Assembly (NCBI GenBank): GCA_964016885.1
Contig: OZ024742.1
Location: 202,306,001-202,370,000, forward strand
Direction: 5' to 3'
DNA: 64,000 nt
Origin: Eledone cirrhosa
Taxonomy: Eukaryota
Below are positions 1 to 12,743 of this stretch, piece by piece (the stretch's first letter is position 1; every line of letters begins with the position of its first letter). The translations under genes and the position numbers were made by a program. Below the pieces are notes generated by a model. It saw only the letters and a program-made list of their open reading frames with translations. It was not told the DNA's origin and did not search any database.

Positions 1-243
1 CTAAAAGGTGAATAAGGATGTCATCCCACAAACTGACCCAATCAATCAAGAGAGCACTTATTTTGTCTGTTACATTTGCTGCAGACGATGCAAATCTAAT
101 GGTGGATTTAAAAGCAACCTATGGGGCATGGATGGACGTTTGGAGTTGGTGACGGTTGGTGGAGGTACATAGGGAGACGGCAATCATCTGCAAAAATAAA
201 TTAATCACCATAATATGTATACACACACACATACACACACACG

Positions 244-367
<124 letters not shown>

Positions 368-385
368 AATTTTTTTTTTTTTTTT

Positions 386-790
386 TTCTGGTATATGTTG
401 GTTGTTTACCGACATCGCAATATACAGATCGGAACACTCGCCGAAGTACGCAGGTTGGTTTGTTTACTCCGGAGTAATGTAAAATAAAATAAGTAAGTCA
501 AACATGTAAATTTGGCTTCGTTTATTATAAATTCTCTGCTATATATATTTCGGTGACAGCTATTATTGTCTGTGACCTCTTCAGGCAGTACGAATTAATG
601 TGGAAAGGACAGGTAAACATGTTGTTGAAATGTATTCCACTCTGTCAATACATCGATATATCCATATGCTGGGTGTGTTGTTAGTCCTCCTAGGAACTGG
701 AATCATATCCACATTAATTTGTACTGCCAATAATAGCTGTTACCGAAGAGAATTTATGAGCGTTTATAATAAACGAAACCAAACTTTACA
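386..790 (-). mobile_element. HHR-bearing non-coding repeat (Penelope pLTR-like), family A, copy 1
   Basis: 386-710 is the diverged reverse complement of ~42940-43255; contains an HHR motif; flanked by (TA)n. Confidence 0.65.
536..588 (-). ncRNA. Type I hammerhead ribozyme motif (family A)
   Basis: Minus strand reads CTGC-CTGAAGA-GGTCACAG...CTGTCACC-GAAA-TATATA-TA-GCAG: stem I CTGC/GCAG, long stem II, palindromic stem III. Confidence 0.8.
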
Positions 791-801
791 TGTTTGACTT
801 A

Positions 802-896
<95 letters not shown>

Positions 897-898
897 AC

Positions 899-947
<49 letters not shown>

Positions 948-1432
948 ATGCCAGATTAAAACTAATATATCCTTATATTGGTGTACTCTTAAGCCAATGT
1001 TTCCCAAGTCGTGTTTTTTTATTCACACTGCATGTTGTTCCTATATTCGAAAGTTTATGGTAAAACACTTGCACTGTATTCTAGAGACACGGGGTTCGTT
1101 TTCGAGTAGGCTCTTCAATCCACTTCTTTCCGTCTTAGAGAGTAATTTACCTAATTTTCTCATATATTATTTATAATGTTCGACTACTATCATTTATTTT
1201 ATTCGCTTGGGACTGCCATAATTTCAATATTCAAAAGATATATTTATGCATATCAATATAAAGGAAGAAATAGAGAAATAGAAATAAAGGAAGAAATAGA
1301 GAACTGAAAATACAGAACCATTATTTGTAAATTTTCTTTAGTCAATAAATTGGACAAAGTTGACAATTTAAAAACCTGGCCTTGGTACTTTAAGGCAATG
1401 TTTGCAATCTTAGTTTGTTTTCCACTTTCACA

Positions 1433-2235
1433 TACGAAGGTCGACTGAAAAACTCATAGGCTGACAAAGATACTTTCAAGGAATGTGATCAAATGATCTT
1501 TATTTTTCAACGTAGTCCCCCTTGCAGTCAACATACTTCTTCCATCTGTGTTGCAGTGCTTGGTTCCCGTTAGTGAAGAAGCTTTCATCATGTTGGTGAA
1601 CAAGGTCATCAACAGCAGATATAACGTCATCATCACTGCAATATTGGCTCCCAGAGAAGTTGGGTTTTTTTTTACATATTGGGGACCATAATGAGATGAG
1701 GGCAAATCAGGAGAATAGCGAGGGTGATCAACTAGTTGAAAAACACTGTCATGCATAGCATACATTGAAACCAAAGAGTTATGTGCTGGATTATTTCGTA
1801 ACTTTCTCGGCAAGCTGGCATAGTACTCCTCATTGTTCGTGTGGCCCTTTTGCATCAAAACAAACCAAGGCCATCAATTTCCCTGCAGATGAAATGAATT
1901 TGGCCTTCTTTGGAGCAAATGTGGCGGGATGTTTCCATCAAATGGATTGTTTCTTTGTCTCTGGCTCAATGTGATGAACACAACACAACCTGGATTAGGA
2001 AACGTTCAAACAAACCAGTTGGATCTACTTCAAACAATGTCAGACTTTCCCGTGATGTGATCAGTCTGGTGCGCTTTTGATAAAGTGTCAGAAAGAGTGG
2101 CACCCAACGAGTAGAAACCTTTGTCAAGCCAAGTTCAGAATATTTTCAACTCGCGCACGAGATATGCTAACAGTATTGGCTATTTGGATTATAGTCAATT
2201 GCCTATCATCCATCACCATGTGGTGAAAACGGTGG
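1433..2235 (-). mobile_element. Degenerate mariner (Tc1/mariner) transposase relic, 3' part
   Basis: ORF 1454-1858 contains HPRYSPDL, matching the mariner HPPYSPDLAP motif. TA-CGAAGGTCGACTGAAAA at 1433 resembles a mariner TIR. Frameshifted. Confidence 0.75.
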
Positions 2236-3525
2236 TGTCCATTGCAGGATGTCTAGACTTTGGGTCATCTTCAAGACTCTGTCTTCACCTCCTAAATTCA
2301 GCTGCCGACTTTTGCATTGTTGATAAAGCTGCAGCCTCATTCTCGAATGTAGTAACCGTTTGCTGTTCTCTGTAATAAGGCTTTCGCCATCTTGTCGAAC
2401 GTTATACACCTTAGGCTGGGGTGTAGAATCTGCTGCTCCCTCCCTCTTCCATTTACATTCATTATTCAATTTGTTTATACCAACCATTTTATAATTTAAT
2501 TGAAATTTGTTAAATAAAGATGTTCTCTTTGACAGTTATATGTGAACTTCATTACGAATTTCAATCTGTATTTTTCACATCGTGAAACAAAACCTTGTTT
2601 CTTTGCGGCTCATTTAATTAAATCTCTCGGCGGACTATGAGAACAACTGTCCTAACACTTTTACTGTCAATCCGACAATACATTAAGTGCTGAATGTGAA
2701 ATAATTGATTTAAATTATGTTGCCTTCGAGTTCATTCCTTAGATCAGATTTCACAGCTATAGTAACACATCCGTTAGCATATTCTATCGAAAGACACGGT
2801 CCATGGTGTTCAAATAATGTTGAACATAATCAACAGTCTGGATGGATTTAGAAATAGAGATGACTTTTTCCTTATTACGGGAATATTCGAAGTGTAACTT
2901 CACTAATATTCTACCATAAAATTTTGATGGAACAGTTTTAGATAAATATAAATATTTTAACCCTTTCGTTTCCATATTTCTTATGGAAGACACCGACTGT
3001 TCTTTTGGAACCATTCAGTAATCCATCAAACATTTATAAGGATTTAGTAATATTAATATCTTTCTTAGTATAACTCATGTGTTTGGAACATAACATAACG
3101 GAGGTTCTTACATAACATCCTGGCATGAATTTATAATTCATTTTTATTTTTAGAAACATATATACACGTTCAATAAAGCTATGTATCATGGCAGTTTGAT
3201 ATCAAATGAGTTAAATTTTAATTGACTTTTGTTTGTTTTATTTATTAAAAATACGTTCGGAAAATAAAGCAAACGTTGAAAGTTGACAGCTGAGTGTGTG
3301 GATATGGTGGGAAGAAAGCAGTTCCATTTAAAGTACAGCATTTATCTTTATGCTCCGTGATTTAAAGAAAGCACTACAATAGATACGTATAGATCGCAAG
3401 AGCAGACCTATGCTAAGCGAGTAATAAGCCGAGGGCAGATGATAGGCTCAGACTAGATGTGAAATGTAGGCCCCGTTTCAAACTGCCCACCAAGTTGATC
3501 TATACATTCATACATTTCTCTCTCT

Positions 3526-3605
<80 letters not shown>

Positions 3606-3645
3606 CGCGCGCGCATATATATATATATATAAATGTGTGTATATA

Positions 3646-5180
3646 AACCAGGCTGTCCTATCGTTTCTGCGTGCAACTGCCCCACCGAGATCATTTCTGA
3701 ATATTTAGACAACATCCTCGCCCCGTTGGTCGGCAATCTCTCCTCCCACATCCACGATACAAATCATGCCCTTAGACTCTTCAACTCTTTCTCCTTCCCT
3801 CCTGGTCCCTCCCGCCTTATCCTTACTCTGAACATCACCTCTCTCTATACCGTTATCCCTCATGATGACGGCCTCCGCGCTCTCCAACATTTTTTAGATT
3901 TACGACCTACCTTTACCCCAGCACTACCACTCTTCGCCGTCTGCTTGAGTTTGTACTCACCCTCAATGGATTTTCTTTGTCGGGTGAATTTTATCAGCAG
4001 GTCTCTGGGGTAGCGATGGGAACCAGAATGGGTCCAAACTATGCAAACTTGTTTGTTACGTCGAAGCCCAGATCTTCTCCCAGTACTCTGGACCGACTCC
4101 TGAGCTACACGGTCGTTATATCGACGAATGTATTGGCACCACCTCTCTATCACGAGAACAGCTTGACTGTTTTCATTCTCTTGTCCAATCTTTCCATCCT
4201 GCTCTCAATTTCACCGCCTCCGTCTCTGATTCTTCTGTCGCTTTTCTAGATATCTCTCTATCTATTAATCACTCTCACCACACCCTCTCTACTTCCATCT
4301 TCATTAAACCAACAGACTCCCAATCTCACCTCGTTTCACCTCCTCCCATCCAACCCACACCAAACACTCCATACCCTATTCCCAATTCCTCCGTCTTCGT
4401 CGGGTCTGTAGCCAGGACGACGATTTCGAAACCCATTCCCTTCGCATGGCTTCCTGCTTCATGCAGCGTGGATATCCCTCCACCCTGATCCAAGCTGCTC
4501 TCACCCGCATCGGTGAAACAGACCGCACCACAGCCATCTCACCTCACCCCCGCCCTCCCAACACCCGTGTTTCTTTCCCTCTCAACTAGCACCCCATCAC
4601 CCTACTACTCCGGCGACATATCCTCCGTTCCTTACGTATCCTCTCTGCTGACCCCGTCACTTCTCGCTTTTTTCCAAACCCACCCATTACTGCTTTTAAG
4701 CGCGCCCGCAACCTCCGCTACCTCCTGGTTCGAAGTTCCTTTTCGTCCTCTCCCACGACTCTACCCGGCTCTTATCCTGGTTCTCGTTCCAGCTGCAACA
4801 CTTGTCCCTTTATTTCCACCCTCACCACTCTTACAGGCCCTAATGGGTCTTTCCGTATCCGCCATTCCTTCACCTGCACATCCACCCACGTTATCTATGC
4901 ATCCCAGTGTTCCCTTTGCGAGTCTTTATATATCAGACAAACCGGACGCTGTATGGCGGACCGTTTTGCCGAACATTTGAGTGGCATACGACTCAGTTTT
5001 GATACTCCTGTCGCCCGTCATTTCTGTTCTCCTGGTCATTCTTCCCTACATGTTTCAGTCCTGGGTGTTCTTTTACATCATGAATCACACACCTCGCGCA
5101 CCAGGTCTGAACAAAGTCTGATTCACCGTCTTGGGCCCTATTCCCCTCTTGGACTCAACTCACCTCCACAATTTCTCTAA
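3646..5180 (+). pseudogene. Penelope-like element (Neptune-like) RT + GIY-YIG endonuclease, 5'-truncated and frameshifted
   Basis: Motifs spread across frames: PGCPIVSACNCPTE, LNITSLYTVIPH, GVAMGTRMGPNYANLF, RYIDE (YIDD equivalent), HTKHSIPYSQFLRLRRVCS, a Cys-rich linker, and VIYASQC..LYIRQTGR...RFAEH (GIY-YIG). Confidence 0.9.
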
Positions 5181-5260
5181 TAACCCGTCCATTATCACAC
5201 CCCTAGATTCCTATCGCTTTCTCTTGATCATAGCATTTCTTCTTAGCTTCGTACGGACGT

Positions 5261-5354
<94 letters not shown>

Positions 5355-5399
5355 CTTACGCACGTGCACAAGTATAGGTCTTTTTACAAAATGTTTTTT

Positions 5400-5698
5400 T
5401 TTTCCATTTCAGGTAGACGCGCTCCATCATCCACTTTTCTAAAATATAAATCATACACAAAACGCCAGCACCAACAGATTTGCAAGAGATGTCAACATGA
5501 ACGGACCTGTTATTTTTATCTAAAGGCATCTTTTCCAATTCCAACCCGCCCGTCCCCTCAATCTATCTTATTTCTCATTCTTTCTTCTGATGAAGGACTA
5601 GCGTCCGAAACGTTAAGACCCTCTTCCTGCTATATCAAGCGATAACCTAATATATCCCTTCCATATACTGTACCGATTGTGTTGTTATTTCTGTTTAC

Positions 5699-5702
<4 letters not shown>
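5400..5702 (+). mobile_element. 3' pseudo-LTR of the Neptune-like PLE (family B), ending in (TA)n
   Basis: Lies downstream of the GIY-YIG region and contains an HHR; a solo inverted copy lies at ~57030-57335. Confidence 0.7.
5583..5618 (+). ncRNA. Minimal hammerhead ribozyme motif of PLE pLTR (family B)
   Basis: TCTT-CTGATGA-A-GGAC-TAGC-GTCC-GAAACGTT-AAGA: stem I TCTT/AAGA, stem II GGAC/GTCC, palindromic AACGTT. Confidence 0.75.
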
Positions 5703-5748
<46 letters not shown>

Positions 5749-5750
<2 letters not shown>

Positions 5751-6708
5751 GTAGGAGGTGAGTTTTATTGTAGTACAATAAAGCAATGCAGATATCGGAT
5801 AAGTAGCACTCTACAGTTTGTAGGACTGGAGTATAAATAATATATAAGATCAAAAGATGGTTAAAAGAGTTCCATGTATTTTATTATGCGCATTTCAAAA
5901 ACAAATATCATCATGCAATAACATTGTGCCTAACGTAGAAATATCATCATGCAATATCATTGTGCCTAACGTAGAAACAATTATTACTCAGCACAATATA
6001 TTCTTCCTTTATATCACCTTGAAAAAATCCTTCGTAAACATAAACATTTTTTTGACGTTAGATTATTCATCCTCAATTCATTATTTTTTACTCCCTTTCA
6101 TGCTCATCTAACTTATACATATTACACTTATTCATCCACTCCTCTACTTCTTTCACAATATATCCTTAATTACGTTACTATTGCTATATTTTTATATTTT
6201 TTAATAATACATATCAACAATTTCTTTCCATCGCACATATTATTAAACCCTTAAATATACAAAGCTTAATTTAACATTATTCTAAATTTTTCTCTTCGTT
6301 AATTTTCAAATTCTTTTAATTTATATATTATCTTCCAACGGTTTTTCAACCTCTCTATGTAAAACAATATATTTTTCTCAGCTATAAAAGCTATCTCTCT
6401 CTCTCTATCACCCATCTCTCCTCCTATCTCATCCTTCCTCATTATACTCATCCCCCTCCACTTTTTACTCTCATCTCCTCTTTTTCATCCTTTCCACCCA
6501 CCCTCAATTGTTTTCCCAATATCACACATCAATCTAAAACTACTTTTCATATGTTGATTTAAAACTGCACTATTCACAAGTGTGTTTTAACCTTCATATC
6601 ATGTCTCCCTATTTTATCTGACGAAAACGCAAATGTTATTGCATGATGATATTTGTTTTTGAAATGCGCATAATAAAATACATGGAACTCTTTTAACCAT
6701 CTTTTGAT

Positions 6709-6712
<4 letters not shown>
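5749..6712 (+). mobile_element. AT-rich PLE (family C) 3' UTR/pLTR with inverted terminal segment at its 5' side
   Basis: 5990-6712 matches the reverse complement of ~16590-17500 and ~30327-31000. 5749-5925 is an inverted pLTR end truncated inside the HHR. (TA)n lies on both sides. Confidence 0.75.
6610..6680 (+). ncRNA. Type I hammerhead ribozyme motif (family C)
   Basis: TATTTTAT-CTGACGA-AAACGCAAATGTTATT/GCAT/GATGATATTTGTTTTT-GAAA-TGCGCA-TA-ATAAAATA: 8-bp stem I, long stem II, palindrome ATGCGCAT. Confidence 0.88.
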
Positions 6713-6757
<45 letters not shown>

Positions 6758-7338
6758 ATAAAAAATATATATATATATATGTATATATGTATATGTATAA
6801 AATATATATATGTGTGTGTGTACTTCGGCAAGTATTGCCAATAAAAAGAAACACACCCACCACATGAAAATATATATATATATGTATATATATATATGTA
6901 TAAAATATATATATATGTGTGTGTGTGTGTGTACTTCGGCCAGTATTGCCAATAAAAAGAAACACACCCACCACATGATTTTTACTTTATCTTTATTACT
7001 CGACACTCATTTGTTCGTCAAAGTAACTTCGTCGCACATTCTGTGACCTCCTTAATGACTATCTGTTCTCATTTGTACCACCACTTTTTTCTCGCCTGAA
7101 ACTTTTATTCCATCTTGTCCAATATCGGTTTCAACTCTCAATTTCACATCAAGAGTCTTGTAAAACAAAAACATAAAGTTATATATATATATTTTCATTT
7201 TATTAAAGGTGAATAGTCTTATTAATCTGCAGTTTCGCTGGTTTATCACAGTCTAACTATTCAGCCTTAATAAAATGAATATTTAAACTCTACATCAGTA
7301 TTAACTACTCCTTTCTCTCAGTCGTCAACCACATACGG

Positions 7339-7371
<33 letters not shown>

Positions 7372-7373
<2 letters not shown>

Positions 7374-8017
7374 AATGGAATAGAATGAAACGAAATTTCA
7401 TTTCTCGCTCTTAGTACGGCAGTTACTTAAATGTAAGTAAGTATGTATGTATACGTACATTCATATATGTATACAGACGTACAGTAGTATGTATATATAT
7501 ACATACATGCACACATATATATATGCACGTATCGGTTTACCGAACATTTATTATAATGCTCGGTTGTTTGTAAACAAACAAACAGCCCGAATTTCACCGT
7601 ACAGTGTTTAGGCAACCACGTCACCTTTTTGTTCAACACTGACACAGGAACGATGTACTAGTTTCAAGCTTATTAGCTATCGTCAGCATCGTATACCTTC
7701 CTGCCAGATGGTTGAACGTCTGAAAGTATATACATTCCTTATGCATATTAACGGCTGAGCGGCCTAATTTGCATATCAAGTGAGTTTAGTCGGCTGGGCG
7801 CACCGAAAATGATAAGTGTTGAACAAAAAGGTGACGTGGTTGCCTAAACACTGTCCGGTGTAATTCGAGCTCTTTGTTTGTTTACAAACAAACCGAGCAT
7901 TATAATAAATGTTCGGTAAACCGATACGTGCATATATATGTGTGTGCATGTATGTATATATACATACTACTGTACGTCTGTATACATATATGTATGTACG
8001 TATACATACATACTTAC

Positions 8018-8022
<5 letters not shown>
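7372..8022 (-). mobile_element. HHR-bearing non-coding element (family D) with ~200-bp inverted arms
   Basis: 7426-7640 is inverted at 7816-8022. Second copy at 37310-37768, partial copy at 58822-59160. All are bounded by (TA)n. Confidence 0.75.
7651..7691 (-). ncRNA. Minimal type I hammerhead ribozyme motif (family D)
   Basis: Minus strand: CGATG-CTGACGA-T-AGCT-AATA-AGCT-T-GAAA-CTAG-TA-CATCG; palindrome ACTAGT, GUA triplet. Confidence 0.85.
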
Positions 8023-8089
<67 letters not shown>

Positions 8090-8185
8090 ATAATAATAAA
8101 TTGACTTTGTTAGTTTCACAAGATCCCGTTAATGGTGAAAGCAGCGATTCTTTGCTTAAACTTTAATCTGTTATTTTAATAAAAA

Positions 8186-9045
8186 TATATTGTTATGCTT
8201 TGGGAGGGTCATGTTGCCAATAAGTAACACACGCACCAGTTGCTTTGACTTCAATTTATTATAAATTAAATTTATAAATTTAGGAATTTATAAATTTCTG
8301 CTTGGTTGGTTGGTTCCACAGCCAGACGATTGTTCATATATTGTCAAAGTTCTTTCGTCACATTCTGTGACCTCTTCATTGACTGGGGATTCTTTTCTTT
8401 GTTATTATGCCGCCCCTTTGTTCTGTCCTACGCCATCTTGTTTTTGTGTGTGTTGTGTGCTTAGTTTGCGCTTGTGGCACATCCGGGTCTCTGTGCGTGT
8501 TTATATTTGTTTATTTATTTGTTTATTTACATGTTACTGGTTGGTTGTTTGTTCTATGTGTGTGTGTGTTTTCATGTTGTCCTTAATTGTAAGTTGTGCT
8601 GTTGCTATTCCATTCAAGTTTCAATAGCAATATCACAACTTACAATTAAGGACAAAATGAAAACACACACACACATAGAACAAACAACCAACCAGTAACA
8701 TGTAAATAAACAAATAAATAAACAAATATAAACACACACAGACACCCGGGTGTAACACATGCGCAAACTAAGCACACAACACACACAAAAATAAGATGGC
8801 GTAGGACAGAACAAAGGAGAGGCACTAAAACAAAGAAAAGAATCCCCAGTCACTGAGGAGGTCACAGAATGTGTGACGAAAGAATTTTGACAATATATGA
8901 ACAATCGGCTGGTTGTGGAACCAACCAACCAACCGGAAATTTATAAATTCCTAAATTTATAAATTTATTATAATAAATTGAAGTGAAAGCAACTGGTGGG
9001 TGTGTTACTTATTGGCAACATGACCCTCCCAAAGTATAACAATAT
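8186..9045. repeat. ~860-bp fold-back (inverted repeat) of an HHR-bearing element (family E)
   Basis: 8186-8610 is the slightly diverged reverse complement of 8623-9045, centred at ~8616. Related fragments at ~6820-7060 and ~28650-28935. Confidence 0.9.
8849..8891 (+). ncRNA. Hammerhead ribozyme motif (family E)
   Basis: GTCA-CTGAGGA-G-GTCACA-GAATG-TGTGAC-GAAA-GAAT-TT-TGAC. The mirror copy at 8343-8384 has core ATGAAGA (mutated). Confidence 0.6.
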
Positions 9046-9329
9046 CGGTTTCCCGTCGAGGTTAGCTTTGCCTTTCATCCTTACAGGGTCGATAAAATAA
9101 AACACCAGTAACGCATTGAGGTCGATTTAATCGACTTTCCATCCCCCAAAATGTTGGCCTTGTGCCTAAATCAGAAGCCATAATTTAATCATTACTTATA
9201 TGTATTTACATATAGTATTTACACGTCTTCCAGAGGGTCCTATCAGAAGCAACCCTCTCCAAATTATTTAGTTGGATGTGTTGGCAATACCGACAGAACT
9301 CCTGGACGTTATCCAACCAACGAAATCAT

Positions 9330-9597
9330 AGCCCCCTGCCCAGTAGTTATTTTGGTCATTACCAAAGATACATGATCATAGGTAAGAGTATGCACGAACA
9401 TCGAATTGAATATAGAGAGTTTGGTTTTTACACCTACCTCCTTTCTTCTGGCAATTGAGTGCTGAAGCTGGTGCAGAATCGTTCCTCCTCTCAAGAAAAG
9501 CTGCGTAGTGTCCTTTGCATATGGTTGGGGTCACATTGAAACAGGTGGAAGTGTTCAAGTATATCGGTGCTGTTTTCGCGTGTGATGGGGAGCAGAG
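9330..9597. mobile_element. RTE-clade LINE fragments in opposite orientations
   Basis: Plus strand ~9530-9590 encodes TLKQVEVFKYIGAVF; minus strand 9330-9494 encodes KTKLSIFNSMFVHTLTY..SLVMT. Both are typical of the region after the RTE RT domain. Confidence 0.6.
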
Positions 9598-10366
9598 GCT
9601 GACTTAACATCACCTGGAAATAGAATAAAATAGAATAATAATTCGATCACCTAAAATTTGATACAAATATATGTAAAGGAACTAGCTTCGAAACTATAAA
9701 TGGTAAATCTCATGGTACACCATACGATTCCTACACCCTATATCTCTGCTAAGAACAGTAAATATATTGCTCCTGAATCCAAACGAATCAATTGCCTTTT
9801 CAAACAAACAAATCAGAACGCGAAATTCAAATGCACACACGAAATCTCCAAATCCCTCTTGGGTCAACTACCAAATGAGCCTTGTATTATACTTAGATGC
9901 GTCTATTTTCATATAATCCGTCAACTATCTAAGAAAATTTGAGTGTACAAATGACTGGTATAGATGATATGAAACACTCTAACAGAACAACATTTTCGAG
10001 AACAGAAGACAAAATTGATCCGATCCACCGATCAACATGGATCTAATGATAAGCAATTGTTGTACTTATTAAGCTCTCATTTCCCAACTATACATAATGA
10101 CATTTTTACACATATGACATACACTTGTCTGAATAGCATATATTCCATATACGCTGTGTGGTGGGTGTGGTGATTATGGTGGTAATTGTCATGGGGGTGG
10201 TGACTGTTTGATGGGTGTCGTAATAGTATTGATAACTATGCCACTATATCTGTTTACTATATCTATTTTTCTTGTCATCCCTTCTCTTTCTCTCTCTCTC
10301 GTTGTTTTCCTTTTTGTCACTTTCTCTCATACTGATTTCCTTACTGTATTATTATCACCACTGATT

Positions 10367-10560
10367 GGCAGTGGATTGGCAGTGTCGGTAGAGGGTCAGA
10401 CGCCATGATTTACAACATAGAGTTACGCCTCTTTACGTTCTGAGTTCAAATCCCGTCGAGGTTAACTTTGCCTTTCGTCCTTACTGGGCCGATAAAATAA
10501 AGTACCAGCAATACACTGGGATAATTGCTGACCTTGTGCCAAAAGTAAAAACAATTATTA
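10367..10560 (+). mobile_element. tRNA-derived SINE, family 1
   Basis: A box TGGCAGTGTCGG, B box GAGTTCAAATCC, body TTTGCCTTTCGTCCTT..GATAAAATAAAGTACCAG. Partial copies at ~9047-9185, ~12070-12160 and ~61030-61165. Confidence 0.8.
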
Positions 10561-12550
10561 TCCCCACTGATATCACTACCTCCACAACTCTCACCATCAC
10601 CAACACTATTGTCACTACCACTTTAACTAGGCCTCGTTCAAAGCTGCTAATAGTCCCAGGTCAAATGTAAAATATAGATCGCTGCCCAAGTTCTTAATAG
10701 AAACAGGACATATGAAATTTATACCCCGTTTTAAACTCTTCATTGGGCATGTTATTAGTCAGGTGCTTAAAGACGTGACCATACATATGCTGGTTTGTTT
10801 AACCGGCGTTAAAGGCAATGCAGGGTTTTTATGTAATGTAGTATATTATGTTGGACATGCAGCTGAGATTTTAAAGGTGATTTGGGGGAGAAATATTTTG
10901 ATTTAATGATTGGTGATGTGATTGAGATACGATCGGGTGTGGTGTATCAGGGTTTAGTTGAAAGTATTTGTTTAGTATGGGGATGAGGGTGTTAAGAAGA
11001 ATCTAATTGAAACGGTTGAGAGAATTGTTTCTTCTGTTTGAATGGAAGTGGAAGTTGTGCAGAAACCACCGGAGAGGTTATATGGTGAAACAGTAGAATT
11101 TGGGAAATGCAACGAGTAAGTAGCCTGTATGTGTGTTTAAATGTTCTTATGTGTGTATATATGTGCATGTGTGTGCGTGTGAGTATGTGCGGTGGGAGTT
11201 GGGTTGGAGAGCCGTTGTATCTTTGATAGCCTATATTGAAGTGAAAGTGAAAATGAGAACTTCAGTGAGTATAAGGAAGAATGAGTGACTGAGAGGAGAA
11301 ACTGTTTGGGTGAGTGAGTCCGAATTCGTACTGCTTAATTGACAAAGTGAAAGAAATTCAAAGAAAGGAATGACGAATTGAGTAATTTTGGGGTTGAGTG
11401 AGGACATGTGTAGGAATCAGATATTTTGAAGTGAAGGGAGCTAGACAGATGGAATAGAGCTTCATCGGTTTCCATGAGAAGTGTTCCTATTATTCATTCA
11501 ACAGAGCAGCCTGCTGATAAAATTTATTTGTAAATGGATAAGGTTTGTATAGACACGTATAGCCAGAACATAATCCCCAAGCCGATTCAGCATGACAGAG
11601 TATTCCAAGCCTGCCTTTTTTTAATTACAGGTACAGTCCATCGGATAGTCTTCCAAATAATTTCAATCTATCCAATTTTACTCACAAAACACGCATCAAC
11701 CTGAGGCTATGATAAATGACATTTTTCCAAGATACCACAAGGTGAATTCGAGCACAGGACCCAATTATTGCAGATTAAACCTGTGGAATATGGAACTTCT
11801 TGATGGTGACGGAGATAACTGTAGGTTGCTGATGGGAGAGTCAGATATGGTATAATAGAACTGAATTCCACGATAGGGTGAAACAAGGTTGTGTATGAGT
11901 AAAACTATCATATTGTTATATGGTGAGTCTAATAACACTCTAATGATCCTCCATAGGCTCCGATTACTTCTCTTCTTATTATATTATATTATATTATAGA
12001 GAATGTATATTTATTTGATATCATTTATTCTTACATTGAATAGAATGCTTTGTGGTATTCTTGTTGACTCTGTGTTCTGGATTCATAACCCGCCGAGGTC
12101 AACTTTGTCTTTCATTTTTTGAATTCGATAAAAATAAGTACCAGTCCAGTACTGAGGACAATTCCTCCTCTATACCTCTTCCTTATTTCTGACAACCCTC
12201 TCTCTCTCTCTCCCTCTCTTTCGCTTCCTCTCCCCCTCTCTCTCTCCTTCGGCTGTATTCAGATGTGGGGAGAGGATGGTTTCTGCTAAGAGTTACATAA
12301 TATATGGTGAACCATGGGTAAATTGGTGAACAGTGGGTAAAACGATGAACTATCGGTGAAATGATTGACCTTAGGTGAAATAATGTAAATTGGGTAAGAT
12401 TAGGCTCGGTGGGTAAAATCCTAAGTAGTGGGTAGTTGTTGGGTGAAATTATAAACTGTGGGTAAAATTGTGTATTTTATCTGCTTCAGTGACTTGTTAC
12501 TCTGGACTTTCATCTGCCAGGTATAGCTTACTGGGACAGTTGCAACCACA

Positions 12551-12743
12551 GTCGGTGGATTGGCAGTATCGGTAGAGGGTCGGACATCATGCTTTGCAGC
12601 AAAGAGTTACGGCCCTTTATGACCCGAGTTCAAATCCCGCCGAGGTTAACTTTGCGTTTCATCCTTACGGGGTCGATAAAATAAAATACCAATAATACAC
12701 TGGGATAATTGCTGGCCTTGTGCCAAAAGTAGAAACAATTATT
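12551..12743 (+). mobile_element. tRNA-derived SINE, family 1
   Basis: Same A/B boxes and body as 10367-10560. Confidence 0.8.

Noticed and set aside
10640-11900. Possible LINE endonuclease/RT remnants (GVKQGC-like near 11875)
   Set aside because: Too decayed to assign boundaries or family by eye.
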